In this document: positions 9,332 to 19,500 of the stretch, piece by piece | Layout of the letters: every line of letters starts with the position of its first letter | Position numbering within the stretch: position 1 is the first letter of the stretch | NCBI GenBank assembly: GCA_038747195.1 | Contig: JBCDKA010000001.1 | Span: 139,220-203,219 of the forward strand | Reading direction: 5' to 3' | DNA from: Pseudomonadota bacterium | GTDB lineage: Bacteria; Pseudomonadota; Gammaproteobacteria; Xanthomonadales; SZUA-38 | DNA: 64,000 nucleotides | Notes under the pieces: model-generated | What the model was told of the DNA's origin: nothing | Seen by the model: only the letters and a program-made list of their open reading frames with translations | Databases searched by the model: none | Program-made: the position numbers and the translations under genes

Positions 9332-10293
9332 TCGGACGACCCACTTTAGTTTCCCTGACGGCAGCCGCTCTGGCTGCCGTCGTGTTTTTGCAGCCGGCAG
9401 CCGCTCAGCGGCCGCGCGAGACGCTGTCTGAGCGAGTCGCGAGGCTTGAGCAGCAGGCCGCCAGCGCCGGCAACCAGGAAACCCAGCGAACGCTCTCTGA
9501 GCTGCTGCTGCGGATCGATGATCTGCAGCGTGAGGTGCAGGCGCTGCGGGGCATGGTGGAAAACCAGTCCTTCGATGTAGATCAGCTAAAGACCCAGCAG
9601 CAGGATCAGTATCTCGACCTGGATCGTCGCCTGAGTGAGGTGACGCGGAACCCGATCGGCGGTGATCCGTCGGTTGCCGGCGGCACGGTGCGCAGCTTCG
9701 AGCCGATCCCAACCACCGTGGTCGGTAACGGTGACCCCCTCACGAGCACGACCGGTTCAACGCTGGCGTCGCGGCCTGGCACGGCGGTTCAGCCGGTTCC
9801 GCAGGAGCGTCCGGAGGTCCGAGCGCCGATCGACGCGGGGCTGCAGACCACCGGGCTGGGTGAAGACCCGAACCAGGCGGTGGCCTCCGTGGTGGACCCC
9901 GCTGCCGAGAAAGCCGCCTATGACGTGGCCTTCGACGCGCTTAAGCAGGGGCGCTACGCCGAGTCGGCACGGCGCTTCGACGAGTTTTTGAACGCGTTTC
10001 CGGACGGTGAGTACGCCGACAACGCGCAGTACTGGCTGGCGGAATCTTATTACGTCACCGGCAATTACCGCATTGCCCTGGAAGCGTTCCAAGGCTTGAT
10101 CGCCCGCTTCCCCGGCAGCAGCAAGGCGCAGGACGCCACGCTCAAGCTCGCGTTTACGCACTACGAGCTCAAGCAGTGGGACGAGGCTGAGCGGACCCTG
10201 AATCAGGTGCTGCAGCAGTTCCCCAACACCACGGTGGCCAGGCTGGCCGAGAACCGGCTGCGCACGATGCGCATCGAAGGGCACATCCGCTGA
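9328..10293 (+). CDS. cpoB: Cell division coordinator CpoB (YbgF)
   Basis: ATGA overlap with pal; signal peptide; coiled coil (ERVARLE, LQREVQALRGMVE); TPRs (NAQYWLAESYY). Confidence 0.93.
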   Translation: MIGRPTLVSLTAAALAAVVFLQPAAAQRPRETLSERVARLEQQAASAGNQETQRTLSELLLRIDDLQREVQALRGMVENQSFDVDQLKTQQQDQYLDLDRRLSEVTRNPIGGDPSVAGGTVRSFEPIPTTVVGNGDPLTSTTGSTLASRPGTAVQPVPQERPEVRAPIDAGLQTTGLGEDPNQAVASVVDPAAEKAAYDVAFDALKQGRYAESARRFDEFLNAFPDGEYADNAQYWLAESYYVTGNYRIALEAFQGLIARFPGSSKAQDATLKLAFTHYELKQWDEAERTLNQVLQQFPNTTVARLAENRLRTMRIEGHIR

Positions 10294-10305
10294 CCGGAGC
10301 GTGAT

Positions 10306-11016
10306 GTGAGTCAGTCCATTCACGGACCTGAGGTACCCGCTACGCAGCCGGCTGGCCCAGGCGCCGCGCCTCGCGTTAACCAGCTCAAACTTACCGAGAT
10401 CTTCTACTCGATTCAGGGCGAGTCGCGCTCCATGGGCAAACCCACGGTGTTTGTCCGCCTCACCGGCTGCCCGCTGCGGTGCACCTATTGCGATACCGCC
10501 TACGCGTTCCACGGTGGTGAGTGGTACACCTTCGATCAAATTCTCGATGACGTCGCCAGCTTCAACGCGGGCCACGTCACCGTGACGGGCGGCGAGCCGC
10601 TGGCGCAGAAGCGCTGTGTTGAACTTCTCAAACGGCTTTGCGACGCCGGCTATGACGTTTCTTTGGAGACCAGCGGGGCGCTGGATATCGGCTCGGTGGA
10701 CGCTCGCGTTAGCCGGGTCCTGGATCTCAAAACGCCCGCCTCCGGCGAAAGCCATCGCAACCTCTGGGCCAACCTCGAGCTCCTCACCGCGCACGATCAG
10801 CTGAAGTTTGTCATCTGCAACCGCGGCGACTACGACTGGGCCTGCAGCATCCTCAAAGCACATACGTTGCCCGAAGACCTGGAAGTACTGCTGTCGCCGA
10901 GCTTTGGCGAGCAGAACGTCACCGAACTCGCCGAGTGGATCCTGGCCGATCAGCTGAACGTGAGGCTGCAGATGCAGCTGCACAAGCTATTGTGGGGCGA
11001 CGAACCCGGCCGATGA
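10306..11016 (+). CDS. queE: 7-carboxy-7-deazaguanine synthase QueE
   Basis: EIFYSIQGE, radical [28 protein letters not shown]. Confidence 0.96.
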   Translation: MSQSIHGPEVPATQPAGPGAAPRVNQLKLTEIFYSIQGESRSMGKPTVFVRLTGCPLRCTYCDTAYAFHGGEWYTFDQILDDVASFNAGHVTVTGGEPLAQKRCVELLKRLCDAGYDVSLETSGALDIGSVDARVSRVLDLKTPASGESHRNLWANLELLTAHDQLKFVICNRGDYDWACSILKAHTLPEDLEVLLSPSFGEQNVTELAEWILADQLNVRLQMQLHKLLWGDEPGR

Positions 11017-11687
11017 ATACCCAGGGGAAGGCCGTGGTACTCCTGTCGGGTGGCCTGGATTCCGCCACGGTGCTGGCTATGGCCCGAGCTGATGGGTTTG
11101 ATTGTCATGCCCTCAGCGTCGACTACGGCCAGCGCCACGAGGTGGAACTCAAGGCGGCGGCGAAGCTGGCTGATCGGCTAGGTGCTGCCGGTCACCGGGT
11201 GGTCAAGATGGACCTTCGGGCCATCGGCGGATCAGCGCTCACGGACGATATTGCAGTCCCGGAGACGCCGACCGAGGGAATCCCCGTCACCTACGTTCCG
11301 GCGCGCAACACCATTATGCTGTCGCTGGCGCTGGGGTTGGCGGAGGTGCTCGAAGCACGAGACATCTTTATTGGCGTCAACGCGGTGGACTATTCGGGCT
11401 ATCCGGACTGTCGTCCCGAATTCATCGCGGCTTTTGCCGATCTGGCAAACCTTGCGACCAAGGCCGGCGTTGAAGGTCAATCGACCCGCATCCGCACCCC
11501 CCTGGTGAGCCTGAGTAAAGAGGCGATCATTCGGCGCGGCATCGAGCTGCACGTTCCTTACGAAGACACCATCTCCTGCTACCAGCCTGATGCTGAAGGC
11601 CGCGCCTGCGGTCGCTGCGACTCCTGCCGACTGCGAGCGGCGGGCTTTCTGGCTGCCGGCGTTCCTGATCCGACGCGCTATCAGTAG
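11013..11687 (+). CDS. queC: 7-cyano-7-deazaguanine synthase QueC
   Basis: [37 protein letters not shown] overlap with queE. Confidence 0.97.
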   Translation: MNTQGKAVVLLSGGLDSATVLAMARADGFDCHALSVDYGQRHEVELKAAAKLADRLGAAGHRVVKMDLRAIGGSALTDDIAVPETPTEGIPVTYVPARNTIMLSLALGLAEVLEARDIFIGVNAVDYSGYPDCRPEFIAAFADLANLATKAGVEGQSTRIRTPLVSLSKEAIIRRGIELHVPYEDTISCYQPDAEGRACGRCDSCRLRAAGFLAAGVPDPTRYQ

Positions 11688-11709
11688 GCCAGCGATTTGA
11701 CGCGGTGAG

Positions 11710-11958
11710 TCAGTCCTTCGACGTCCCGGCACCCGGCGTGAACATCGACATCATTTTCTGAAACTGCTCCATGCTTTGGTTCCCCAGCGGCATGTACATC
11801 TTCAGCAGTTTCTCGGGATCGCTCATGTCCTTAATCGATTCGCTCATGCGGTCATAAATCTCGGCCATCAGCTTCTCCTGCAGGGGTTCAACGTCCGGTA
11901 GCCCCATTGCGGCCCGGGCTTCTTTTGGCGTCAGTTCCAGATTGATGGTGACTTTCAT
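11710..11958 (-). CDS. DUF6489-family small protein
   Basis: MKVTINLELTPKEARAAMGLPDVEPLQ matches this family as I recall it; AGGAA upstream. Confidence 0.75.
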   Translation of the reverse strand: MKVTINLELTPKEARAAMGLPDVEPLQEKLMAEIYDRMSESIKDMSDPEKLLKMYMPLGNQSMEQFQKMMSMFTPGAGTSKD

Positions 11959-12051
11959 GAGGCTTTCCTGTTTCCCTGTCTTGCGTCGCTTCAGTTTACC
12001 TGCTTGCCGGGGACTGTTCGTCGTATACTGAATTTTTATCCTGAGCGCGCC

Positions 12052-14148
12052 GTGACCGAAGCAACCGAAACCCTGGATGTGCAGCACAGCCAGGCGATTT
12101 CCAAAAAGCTGTCAGAAATCGGTCCCTACCAGCTGCTGGAAGTGGTCGGTGAAGGCGGCATGGGCGCAGTTTACCGGGCCCTCCAGGAGCAGCCCATCCG
12201 CCGCGAGGTGGCGATTAAGGTCACCCGCCTGGATCTGACCTCCGTTCGGCGGCTGGCGCGGTTTCAGGCCGAGCGCCAGACGCTGGCGCGGCTCAATCAT
12301 CCCCACATTGCCACCGTGTTTGACGCCGGGGAAACCCCGGACGGGTTTCCCTACATGGTGATGGAGTATCTGGACGGCAGCTCGCTGCTCAAGTACTGCA
12401 ACGCGCATCGGCTGCCGATCGAGCGAAGAATTGAGCTCTTCATCGAGCTCTGCGGCGCCATCGGCTACGCCCACCAGCAGGGGGTGGTACATCGAGACCT
12501 GAAGCCCAGCAACGTGATGGTGACGGAGGTCGACGGACAGCCGGTGCCCAAGGTGATCGATTTTGGCATCGCCAAGATTGCGGACGCTCAGGTTGACCAC
12601 ACGATGGAAGGCGCGCTGCTGGGCACACCCGCCTATATGAGTCCCGAGCAAATCCGGCAGCCGCAGGACGTCGACAGCCGCACTGACGTCTACTCACTGG
12701 GGCTGATCCTGTATGAACTGCTGACGGACAACCTCCCGTTTGAGCGTCGCTCGCGGAGCAACTGGTCTGAGGTGCCCGACCATCCGCTGAAATCACCCAG
12801 CAGCCGGATTCGGACTGCGGATCAGGATGAGGTTGAGGCGCTGGTTGATGCGAGAAGCACGGCTGTCGATACGCTGGTCGGACAGCTCAGGGGGGATCTG
12901 GACTGGGTTGTGCTTAAGGCCGTGCAGGAAGACCCGTCGGCCCGTTATGCCTCGACCGGCGAACTGGCCGCGGACTTGGAGCGCTATCTGTCCCACTATC
13001 CGGTCAGCGCGAGGCCGCCAAGCAAGACCCACGCCGCATGGCGTTTTGTGCAGCGTCACCGGCTGGAGACGGCGGCGGCACTGCTCCTCGTTGCTGGCTT
13101 GGCGGGCGCGGTGGTGGTGTCCACCCGCGCGATGCTGTCAGCCCAGGCGGCGCGCGGCGAAGCGGAGCTTGAGGCGCAGCGCTCGACGGCCATGAACAAC
13201 TTTCTGGTTGAAACGCTGCGGTCAGCTGACCCGCGGGTCGGTGGCCGGGATGTTCGGGTAGTCGACGTGCTGGCCCAGGCGGCTGAGAAGGCGTCGACGA
13301 CCTTTGCCGATCAGCCCAGGCTCGAGGCGACCATGCTGGAGACGCTCGGCTATACCTATGCCGGGCTGGGTCAGCCACAGGACGGCGAGCCGCTGCTGAA
13401 GCGGGCTCTGGAGTTACGCGTCGCTGCGCTAGGTCCAACTCACGAGGATACGCTGACAGCGGAGAACCAGCTGATTGAGACCCAGGCTGGCTACGAGCCA
13501 CTCGAAACGATCGGCCCCAGGTTCGAAGACCTCTATGGCCGGGTAGAGCAATACCTGCCGGCAACGCACCCGTTGATGATGACCATGCTGAACAATATGG
13601 CGTACGTTTACCTGACTCGGGGAATGCAGCAGGAAGACGTCAAATCATTGGAGCGGGGCACAGACTTTGCGCGTCGGTCGCTGGAGGTGCGTGTCGAGGT
13701 TCTTGGACGTGAAGCACCGGACACGAGCCACGCCCGCAATAATCTGGCGAACGGCCTGTTGCGGCTGAAGCGGTTCGCGCAAGCAGAGGCGCTTTTCAGG
13801 GAAAATCTGGAAATCCAGCCGACAATCTTTGGCGAACGCAATCACTATACCCTCAGTACCAGAGCAAACCTGGCGAACGTTTTGATCGAGCTGGATGAGC
13901 TCGACGAAGCAAGAGGGTTGCTCGAAGCGGCGCTGGCCGGCATGGCCGAGGTCAACGGTGAGGACCATCCCGCCTGGCTCCGCGCTGCAGTGGGTCTGGC
14001 GGAGGTTAGGCTCATGCAGCAGCCGAATGACCCCGAAGCGGTCGATTTGATCCGCAAAATCCTGGCGCTAGCTGGCGAGCGACCGGAGGCGAGTACCGAG
14101 GCCGACAATGCGCGCAACCTGCTGACCAAGTTCGATATTGCGCTCTAG
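12052..14148 (+). CDS. Membrane-anchored Hanks-type Ser/Thr protein kinase with C-terminal TPR repeats
   Basis: GEGGMGAVY, VAIK, HRDLKPSN, DFG, GTPAYMSPEQ, DVYSLG; TM helix AAALLLVAGLAGAVVV; TPRs (MLNNMAYVY, ARNNLAN, TRANLAN); start approximate. Confidence 0.93.
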   Translation: MTEATETLDVQHSQAISKKLSEIGPYQLLEVVGEGGMGAVYRALQEQPIRREVAIKVTRLDLTSVRRLARFQAERQTLARLNHPHIATVFDAGETPDGFPYMVMEYLDGSSLLKYCNAHRLPIERRIELFIELCGAIGYAHQQGVVHRDLKPSNVMVTEVDGQPVPKVIDFGIAKIADAQVDHTMEGALLGTPAYMSPEQIRQPQDVDSRTDVYSLGLILYELLTDNLPFERRSRSNWSEVPDHPLKSPSSRIRTADQDEVEALVDARSTAVDTLVGQLRGDLDWVVLKAVQEDPSARYASTGELAADLERYLSHYPVSARPPSKTHAAWRFVQRHRLETAAALLLVAGLAGAVVVSTRAMLSAQAARGEAELEAQRSTAMNNFLVETLRSADPRVGGRDVRVVDVLAQAAEKASTTFADQPRLEATMLETLGYTYAGLGQPQDGEPLLKRALELRVAALGPTHEDTLTAENQLIETQAGYEPLETIGPRFEDLYGRVEQYLPATHPLMMTMLNNMAYVYLTRGMQQEDVKSLERGTDFARRSLEVRVEVLGREAPDTSHARNNLANGLLRLKRFAQAEALFRENLEIQPTIFGERNHYTLSTRANLANVLIELDELDEARGLLEAALAGMAEVNGEDHPAWLRAAVGLAEVRLMQQPNDPEAVDLIRKILALAGERPEASTEADNARNLLTKFDIAL

Positions 14149-14198
14149 CGTCGAGCCGGGCGGGTTTGGTGCGCGCTGCCGGAACCTACGGAAGCCGG

Positions 14199-15176
14199 CT
14201 AGCTGGGTTTTATGTGTCGTTTCGTTGCCACGGCGCCGGTGGTATCCGTCAGTTCTTCGGTTGATATAACCACTCGGTTTCGGCCGGCATCCTTGGCCAG
14301 ATACATAGCCTGATCCGCACTTCGCAGCAGCGCATTCTGAAGCGCCGCCAGATCAGCATTGAGGGGCGCCTCCGGCGGCAGGCTGGCAATCCCGGCGCTA
14401 AAGCTGGCGGCGGGCATGTCGGTGAATTCCTGACACCGCTGCGCCAGATCCTGGTTGATCTTGGTCAGAATCTCAGCGGCATCCTCCGGCGCGGTGTCGG
14501 AAAAAGCGACGGCAAACTCCTCGCCGCCCAGCCGGGCGATCAGGTCGCTGGCGCGCAGGGAGCTCGTGAGGATGCTGGCGAGCAGCTGGAGCACACGGTC
14601 GCCGGCTTCGTGGCCAAACCGATCGTTGATCTGCTTGAAATTATCCAGGTCCAGCAGCGCGACCGACACGTTGCCGCCGCGCCGGTTCCAGTCGGCGAGC
14701 GTGCGGGCGAGGGCGTCAAGAAACAGCAGCCGGTTATTGAGGTTCGTCAGCGCATCGCGGGTTGCCAGCCGATAGCTCCGCTCGTGGTAGCGGGTTTCCG
14801 GCGTCCGGCCGTCCAGGTACTTCAGCGTAGCGTCGCCCACGCGGATGAGATCGCCGTTGTTCAGCTTTACGCCCTCGAGCGGCACCGGCTGCTGGTCGAC
14901 CAGGGCGCCGTTCTTGGAGTTCAGGTCGGCGGCGGTCACCAATGAGCCTTTACGCTCGACGCGAAGATGCCGCCGAGACACGGAAGGCCGCTGCAGGACG
15001 ATGTCGCAGTCGGCGTCTCGACCGACAATCAGGCTGGTGCCGTCGGCAATCGAATAGAATTCGCCAAGACTGCTGCCGGTGATGATGACCAGGCCCGGTT
15101 CGCGGCGGCTTTGGGCCCTGCCGTATTCCATCTCGGCCGTCGCGTCGGTGGACTGCGTTAGCTCGTTGTTCCCCAT
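14199..15176 (-). CDS. FHA domain-containing diguanylate cyclase
   Basis: FHA motifs GR, SRRH, SKNG; DALTNLNN, DLDNFKQINDRFGHEAGD, I-site RASD, GGEEF, KDAGRN; AAAGGAG RBS. Confidence 0.93.
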   Translation of the reverse strand: MGNNELTQSTDATAEMEYGRAQSRREPGLVIITGSSLGEFYSIADGTSLIVGRDADCDIVLQRPSVSRRHLRVERKGSLVTAADLNSKNGALVDQQPVPLEGVKLNNGDLIRVGDATLKYLDGRTPETRYHERSYRLATRDALTNLNNRLLFLDALARTLADWNRRGGNVSVALLDLDNFKQINDRFGHEAGDRVLQLLASILTSSLRASDLIARLGGEEFAVAFSDTAPEDAAEILTKINQDLAQRCQEFTDMPAASFSAGIASLPPEAPLNADLAALQNALLRSADQAMYLAKDAGRNRVVISTEELTDTTGAVATKRHIKPS

Positions 15177-15249
15177 GGCTCCTTTGTTTTACCACAGGGC
15201 GCTGCGAACGTCAGGAGCTTTACCCGCTCATCGGGAGCTTAACTCCCGG

Positions 15250-16470
15250 TCAGGCGGCGTTTTCGACTCCCGGGGAGCTGGGAAGGGCGGCGAGTTCGGG
15301 GTGATCCACCAGCAGCAGGAGGCGCCCATCTTCATCCACCTGGCGGTGTTCACCGAGCATCATCAAGCCTGGCAGCTGATGAATCTCCGGATTTTCCGGC
15401 GCGCTGCCTTGAGCGGCCTGCACCTGCTGAATCGCGAGTTGCAGGATCGGATAGTAGGGGTTCTCCCGGGTTTCCGGATCTTCCGCATCTTCGCCGGCAA
15501 CGTGAAAATCGGCGTCCATATGCCACTTGTTCAGCACCAGCGTGGTGCTGACCGCACGCAGGCTGCTGAGGGTTTCGTTGACCTCCGCGCGCGGCACGTC
15601 GATATCCAGCTGCTCAAGGTAGCCGAGCACCGCCACGGCGCCGACGTTATGCAGCAGGCCGATCATGAACGCTTTTTCCGGGTCAACCGTTACGCCCTGC
15701 GCGTGCTGCGCCAAAATCTTTGAGGTGGCGGCAACCTGGGTGGCGGTCATCCATACGTCTGAGCCAACGGCGTAGAGCGTGCGCGAGCGAAAGATAAACA
15801 TCTCCTGGACGGCCAATGAGATCACCACGCTGCAGGCCCGGGTGATGCCCATGCGAAGCAGCGCTTCCTCCGCGGTGCAGATCTCCGTCCGCCCTCGGAT
15901 CAGGGCCGAGTTGGCGGCGGCAATCAGCTTGCCGGCGAGTGATGGATCCTGCTCAATCAACTTGGCGAGATCTTCGAGGCCGGCATTCTCGTCGTCCATC
16001 AGCTTTCGGACCCGCACGGCGATCTCGGGCATGGCCGGGACGTTGATACGGCCATTGTGGAAGTCTTCGAACAAGGCCCTCACCACGTCCGCGCCGACGT
16101 CATCGATTTCCGTGTCGTGGGCTTCCACGGTTTTGTCGACCGACTGCTCTGCCTGCTCAACGCGCTTTCGGTCGATGCGAATCACCAGCGAATCGATGGC
16201 GAACTTGGCCGTATCGCCGCCGCGCACATCGGGAAATATCGGATCGAGCGCCCGCTCGCTGCTGTCGTCAAAGGTGAACGCCTTGCCTTCGGCAGGAATC
16301 AGCTTGACCTTGCCGTCGACCAGGATAAAGAACCAGTTTCGTTCTTCGAACGAGTCGATCATGGTGCCTTTGGGGACAACCGCGCGCTTGCCACCGTCCA
16401 GCAATTCTTTGCGCTGGCCGGTAGTCAGGTTTTTCAGGGGGCTGATCGATTCGAGCCGCTTGTCGTCCAT
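15250..16470 (-). CDS. HDOD domain protein with N-terminal degenerate cNMP-binding-like domain
   Basis: PAMPEIA, DPSLAGKLIAAANSA, EALLRMG, GLLHNVG; N-terminal FFILVDGKVKL resembles a CAP/cNMP beta-roll. Confidence 0.85.
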   Translation of the reverse strand: MDDKRLESISPLKNLTTGQRKELLDGGKRAVVPKGTMIDSFEERNWFFILVDGKVKLIPAEGKAFTFDDSSERALDPIFPDVRGGDTAKFAIDSLVIRIDRKRVEQAEQSVDKTVEAHDTEIDDVGADVVRALFEDFHNGRINVPAMPEIAVRVRKLMDDENAGLEDLAKLIEQDPSLAGKLIAAANSALIRGRTEICTAEEALLRMGITRACSVVISLAVQEMFIFRSRTLYAVGSDVWMTATQVAATSKILAQHAQGVTVDPEKAFMIGLLHNVGAVAVLGYLEQLDIDVPRAEVNETLSSLRAVSTTLVLNKWHMDADFHVAGEDAEDPETRENPYYPILQLAIQQVQAAQGSAPENPEIHQLPGLMMLGEHRQVDEDGRLLLLVDHPELAALPSSPGVENAA

Positions 16471-16589
16471 TGCGCGCACCGCCAAACAAAAGTGTTCGTA
16501 GATTATCGGCCCGCGCGAGGAAAGCTTGAGGGCGTTGGGCGACTCTGGCGGTGTGCCTTAGTCGCCCCGCAGTAGCTATTGAACGACCC

Positions 16590-19500
16590 CTACAGGCACT
16601 CGTCCTCCAGCCCGCTGAAAAACAGGCTGTCGGTGTCAGCGTCGATCCGAAGGCTGAAAAATCGGGGCGCTCCGGCGCTGGTTACGGTCACGAAATACGG
16701 GGAATTCGGCAGGTCGCCGACAACCGGCGTGCCGGCGATGACGCCGTTGCCTGGGTCGATGGTCAGCGAAGCCGGCAGACCCTGGGCCGCAAAGTTTCCC
16801 TGGGGGTTGTCGAACAGGTCTGCTGCCGGCAATCCGATCGGAAAGCCGACGACTCCCCGGGATCCGCTGGCGCTGCACCGGGCGAACGGTGATTCAATCA
16901 CCGTGATGTTGACCTCTGCGGTTGCGCACAGCACCGGCGGGCCTTCGTCGCAGACTTCGTAACGGAAGCTGTCGCTGGTCAGGTCCGAAGCGGAGTGTTC
17001 GTAGCGAAAGCTGCCGTCAGCAGCGAGCGTGACGGTCCCCTGGCTGGGCGCATCTACCGGGGCCGCAGACACGCTCAAGGTAGCCTGCTCGGGGTCAGAG
17101 TCGTTGTCGGTCAGCCGCACTGCGCTGCTCTCCAGCACCACCGCTTGTCCGCCGCGAACGACGGTCAGGGTATCGTCTCCCGCGCTCGGCGGGTCGTTGT
17201 CGCCGACTACGTTGAACGTCACCGTGCCAATCGCCGACAGCGGGTCCGGCTGACCGCCGCTGGTGCCGTCGTCCAAAACGCTGTAGCTGAACGCCGCAGC
17301 GCCGCTGAACTGCGGTGTCGGCGTAAAGGTGATCATGCCGGCGTCCAGGCTGACCGTACCGCCAACCGGATCGCTCACGCCGGTGAGCGTCAACGACTGG
17401 CCGCTTTCATTGGTAGGCCCAGGGGCGTCGTTCACCACAAGGACTGAGGCGTCAAAGGTGAAGCCGGCGGAATCTTCGAGAACGTCGGGGAGCGTATCCG
17501 CTGCCGGGCGCGGCGGATCGTTTACCTCGATGACCAGAAACTGGGCGCGCGTCACGTCGGTCTGTGGATTGGCGCTGCCTGCGGTGGTTCCGTTGTCCAC
17601 CACGCGATAGTCGAAACCAGCGCTGCCGTTGAAATCGGGCGCCGCGGTAAACACCACGTTGCTGCCGTCGAGCATAACGCTCCCGCCGGCCGGGTTGGCG
17701 GCCAGGTTAACGCTGAGCTGCTGACCGGCCTCGTTGGTTGGCCCCGGTACGTCGTTGGCGAGCAGCAAGCTGAAGGGCACGGTGTAGATCCCGTCTTCCG
17801 CCAGGTTGGCAATGGTCTCCCCCGCAGCAATGGGAGGGTCGTTCACCTCGCTGACCGTGATCGTAACCATCGCCGTATCGCTTAGCGGGTCGTTGGCGCC
17901 GTCGGTGGTGCCATCGTCGGTAGCGGTATAGCGAAAGCTTGCGCTGCCGAAGAAGTCTTCGGCGGGCGTAAAGCGGATGCTCGACGACAACAGATCAGCG
18001 GTGCCGTTCATCTCGCTGTTGACCGCAGTGATGTCCAGCGTCTGGCTGGTACCGATGTCGCCGACCGAGTCGTTGGCGAGCAGGCTGGAAATACTGATGG
18101 TGTCGTCGTCGTCCTCGGAGATCGTTGGGCCAAGGTCGTTGTTCGCGATCGGCGGGTCATTCACTTCGGTGATCGTGACATTTACCTGTGCCTCGGCACA
18201 GAGCACCGGGCTGCCGTCGTCACAGACCTCATAGCGGAAAAGGTCGTTGCTCGAATCGCTGCCGTCATGGGTATAGTCGAAGGTGCCGTTACTGGCGATG
18301 CTCACTGTGCCCGCCCCTGGGTCGGTGGTCGGGTTACGGTTGATGTCCAGATTGTCCCCCTCTGGATCGGAGTCATTGTCCAGCAGGCTGTTGTCTCCGC
18401 TGTCGGTCCGGTCAACTGTGCCGCCTTCGGCCACGGTCAGCGCGTCAGCTACGGGTGTTGGCGGTTGGTTGCCGCAGACTTCGGCCGCGGCCGTACCCCA
18501 GCGACCGATTTCGCCGCCGGTGCCCGATCCGCGGCTGATGGTGTGTTTGTTGTAGACCCAGAAACAGGCGCCGTTGGGGTCCAGCGCTACCGAGGAGTAA
18601 TCGCCCCAGCGAACCTCGGGGCCGCCGAAGGTCAGTTCGTAAGCATCGATGCCGGCGCGAAGCAGCTGGCTACCGCGGTTACTGCCGGCCGCGTCGCCGG
18701 GAAAATGCAGCGCGTAGTGGGAGCCGAGAAAACTGCTGCCGTTGGCGCTGGTGAAGCCAAGCGCCACAACGCCGGCGTCGTTGACGGCGACGGCCGCATA
18801 CGCCGTCTCGGTATTGTTGGCGATGTCCTCACCGCCGAGCAGGCCAAGCTGAATCAGATTGTCGGTCTGCGTGTTGACCTCCGCCCAGTAGGCGGTGGTC
18901 TCGCCGCTGTCCGCGCCGGTTCTGGCCCGGGTCGTTGCGGTGAAATACAGCGAGTTGTCACGCCAGACCGCATCCAGCACGCGGCGGTCCCCAGCATCCG
19001 GGTCGAGGCTGCTGCCGCTCTGGGGTAGATTGCCCAGCGGATTGCTGGGGTCGTTGTCGATATTGCCCAGAGAGACAAACTCGAAGCTGAATGACGTATT
19101 GCCCGTCGGGCTGTTGACCTGAACAACCTGAGCTTCCTCGGTACTGCCGCTCCCGAGGCCGCTTTGCAGCACTAGCCAGGTGCCGGTATTGCCCGCAGGT
19201 GGTGTGCCGAAAATGTGCGCTGGCTGATGCGTTCCGGCAAAAGTGCCACCGCCGGTAAACGGGTTGAAGCGGGTGACGTCCGCGCTGCGGCCGTCATAAA
19301 AGCCGTTGTTGACGTCTTTCTCAACGATGAAAAGCCGCGTGCCGCCAAAGGCGCCGCCGCTGGTTTGATTGAAGAACTGGAACAGATTGGCGGTGATGTA
19401 CACCGCCTCCTCGTCCACCGCGAATCCCGGAAAATCCACCCAGTGATCCTGTCCGCCGACGGTCTCAAACCCGTTGATTTCGGTGACCGTCCAGGAGCCG

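Noticed and set aside
8432..10983. Long minus-strand ORFs 8432..9712 and 9757..10983
   Set aside because: Antisense shadows of tolB/pal/cpoB/queE in GC-rich DNA; no recognisable motifs
10306..11687. queE-queC as a dpd DNA-modification defence island
   Set aside because: Standard position after cpoB; no dpdA or other dpd genes
11688..11710. tRNA gene often found after queC
   Set aside because: Only 22 nt separate queC from the next gene; no cloverleaf or T-loop motif
15223..15240. GGAGCTT-type short repeats and small hairpin between the HDOD and FHA-GGDEF genes
   Set aside because: Too short and irregular for a repeat array; no U-tract for a terminator
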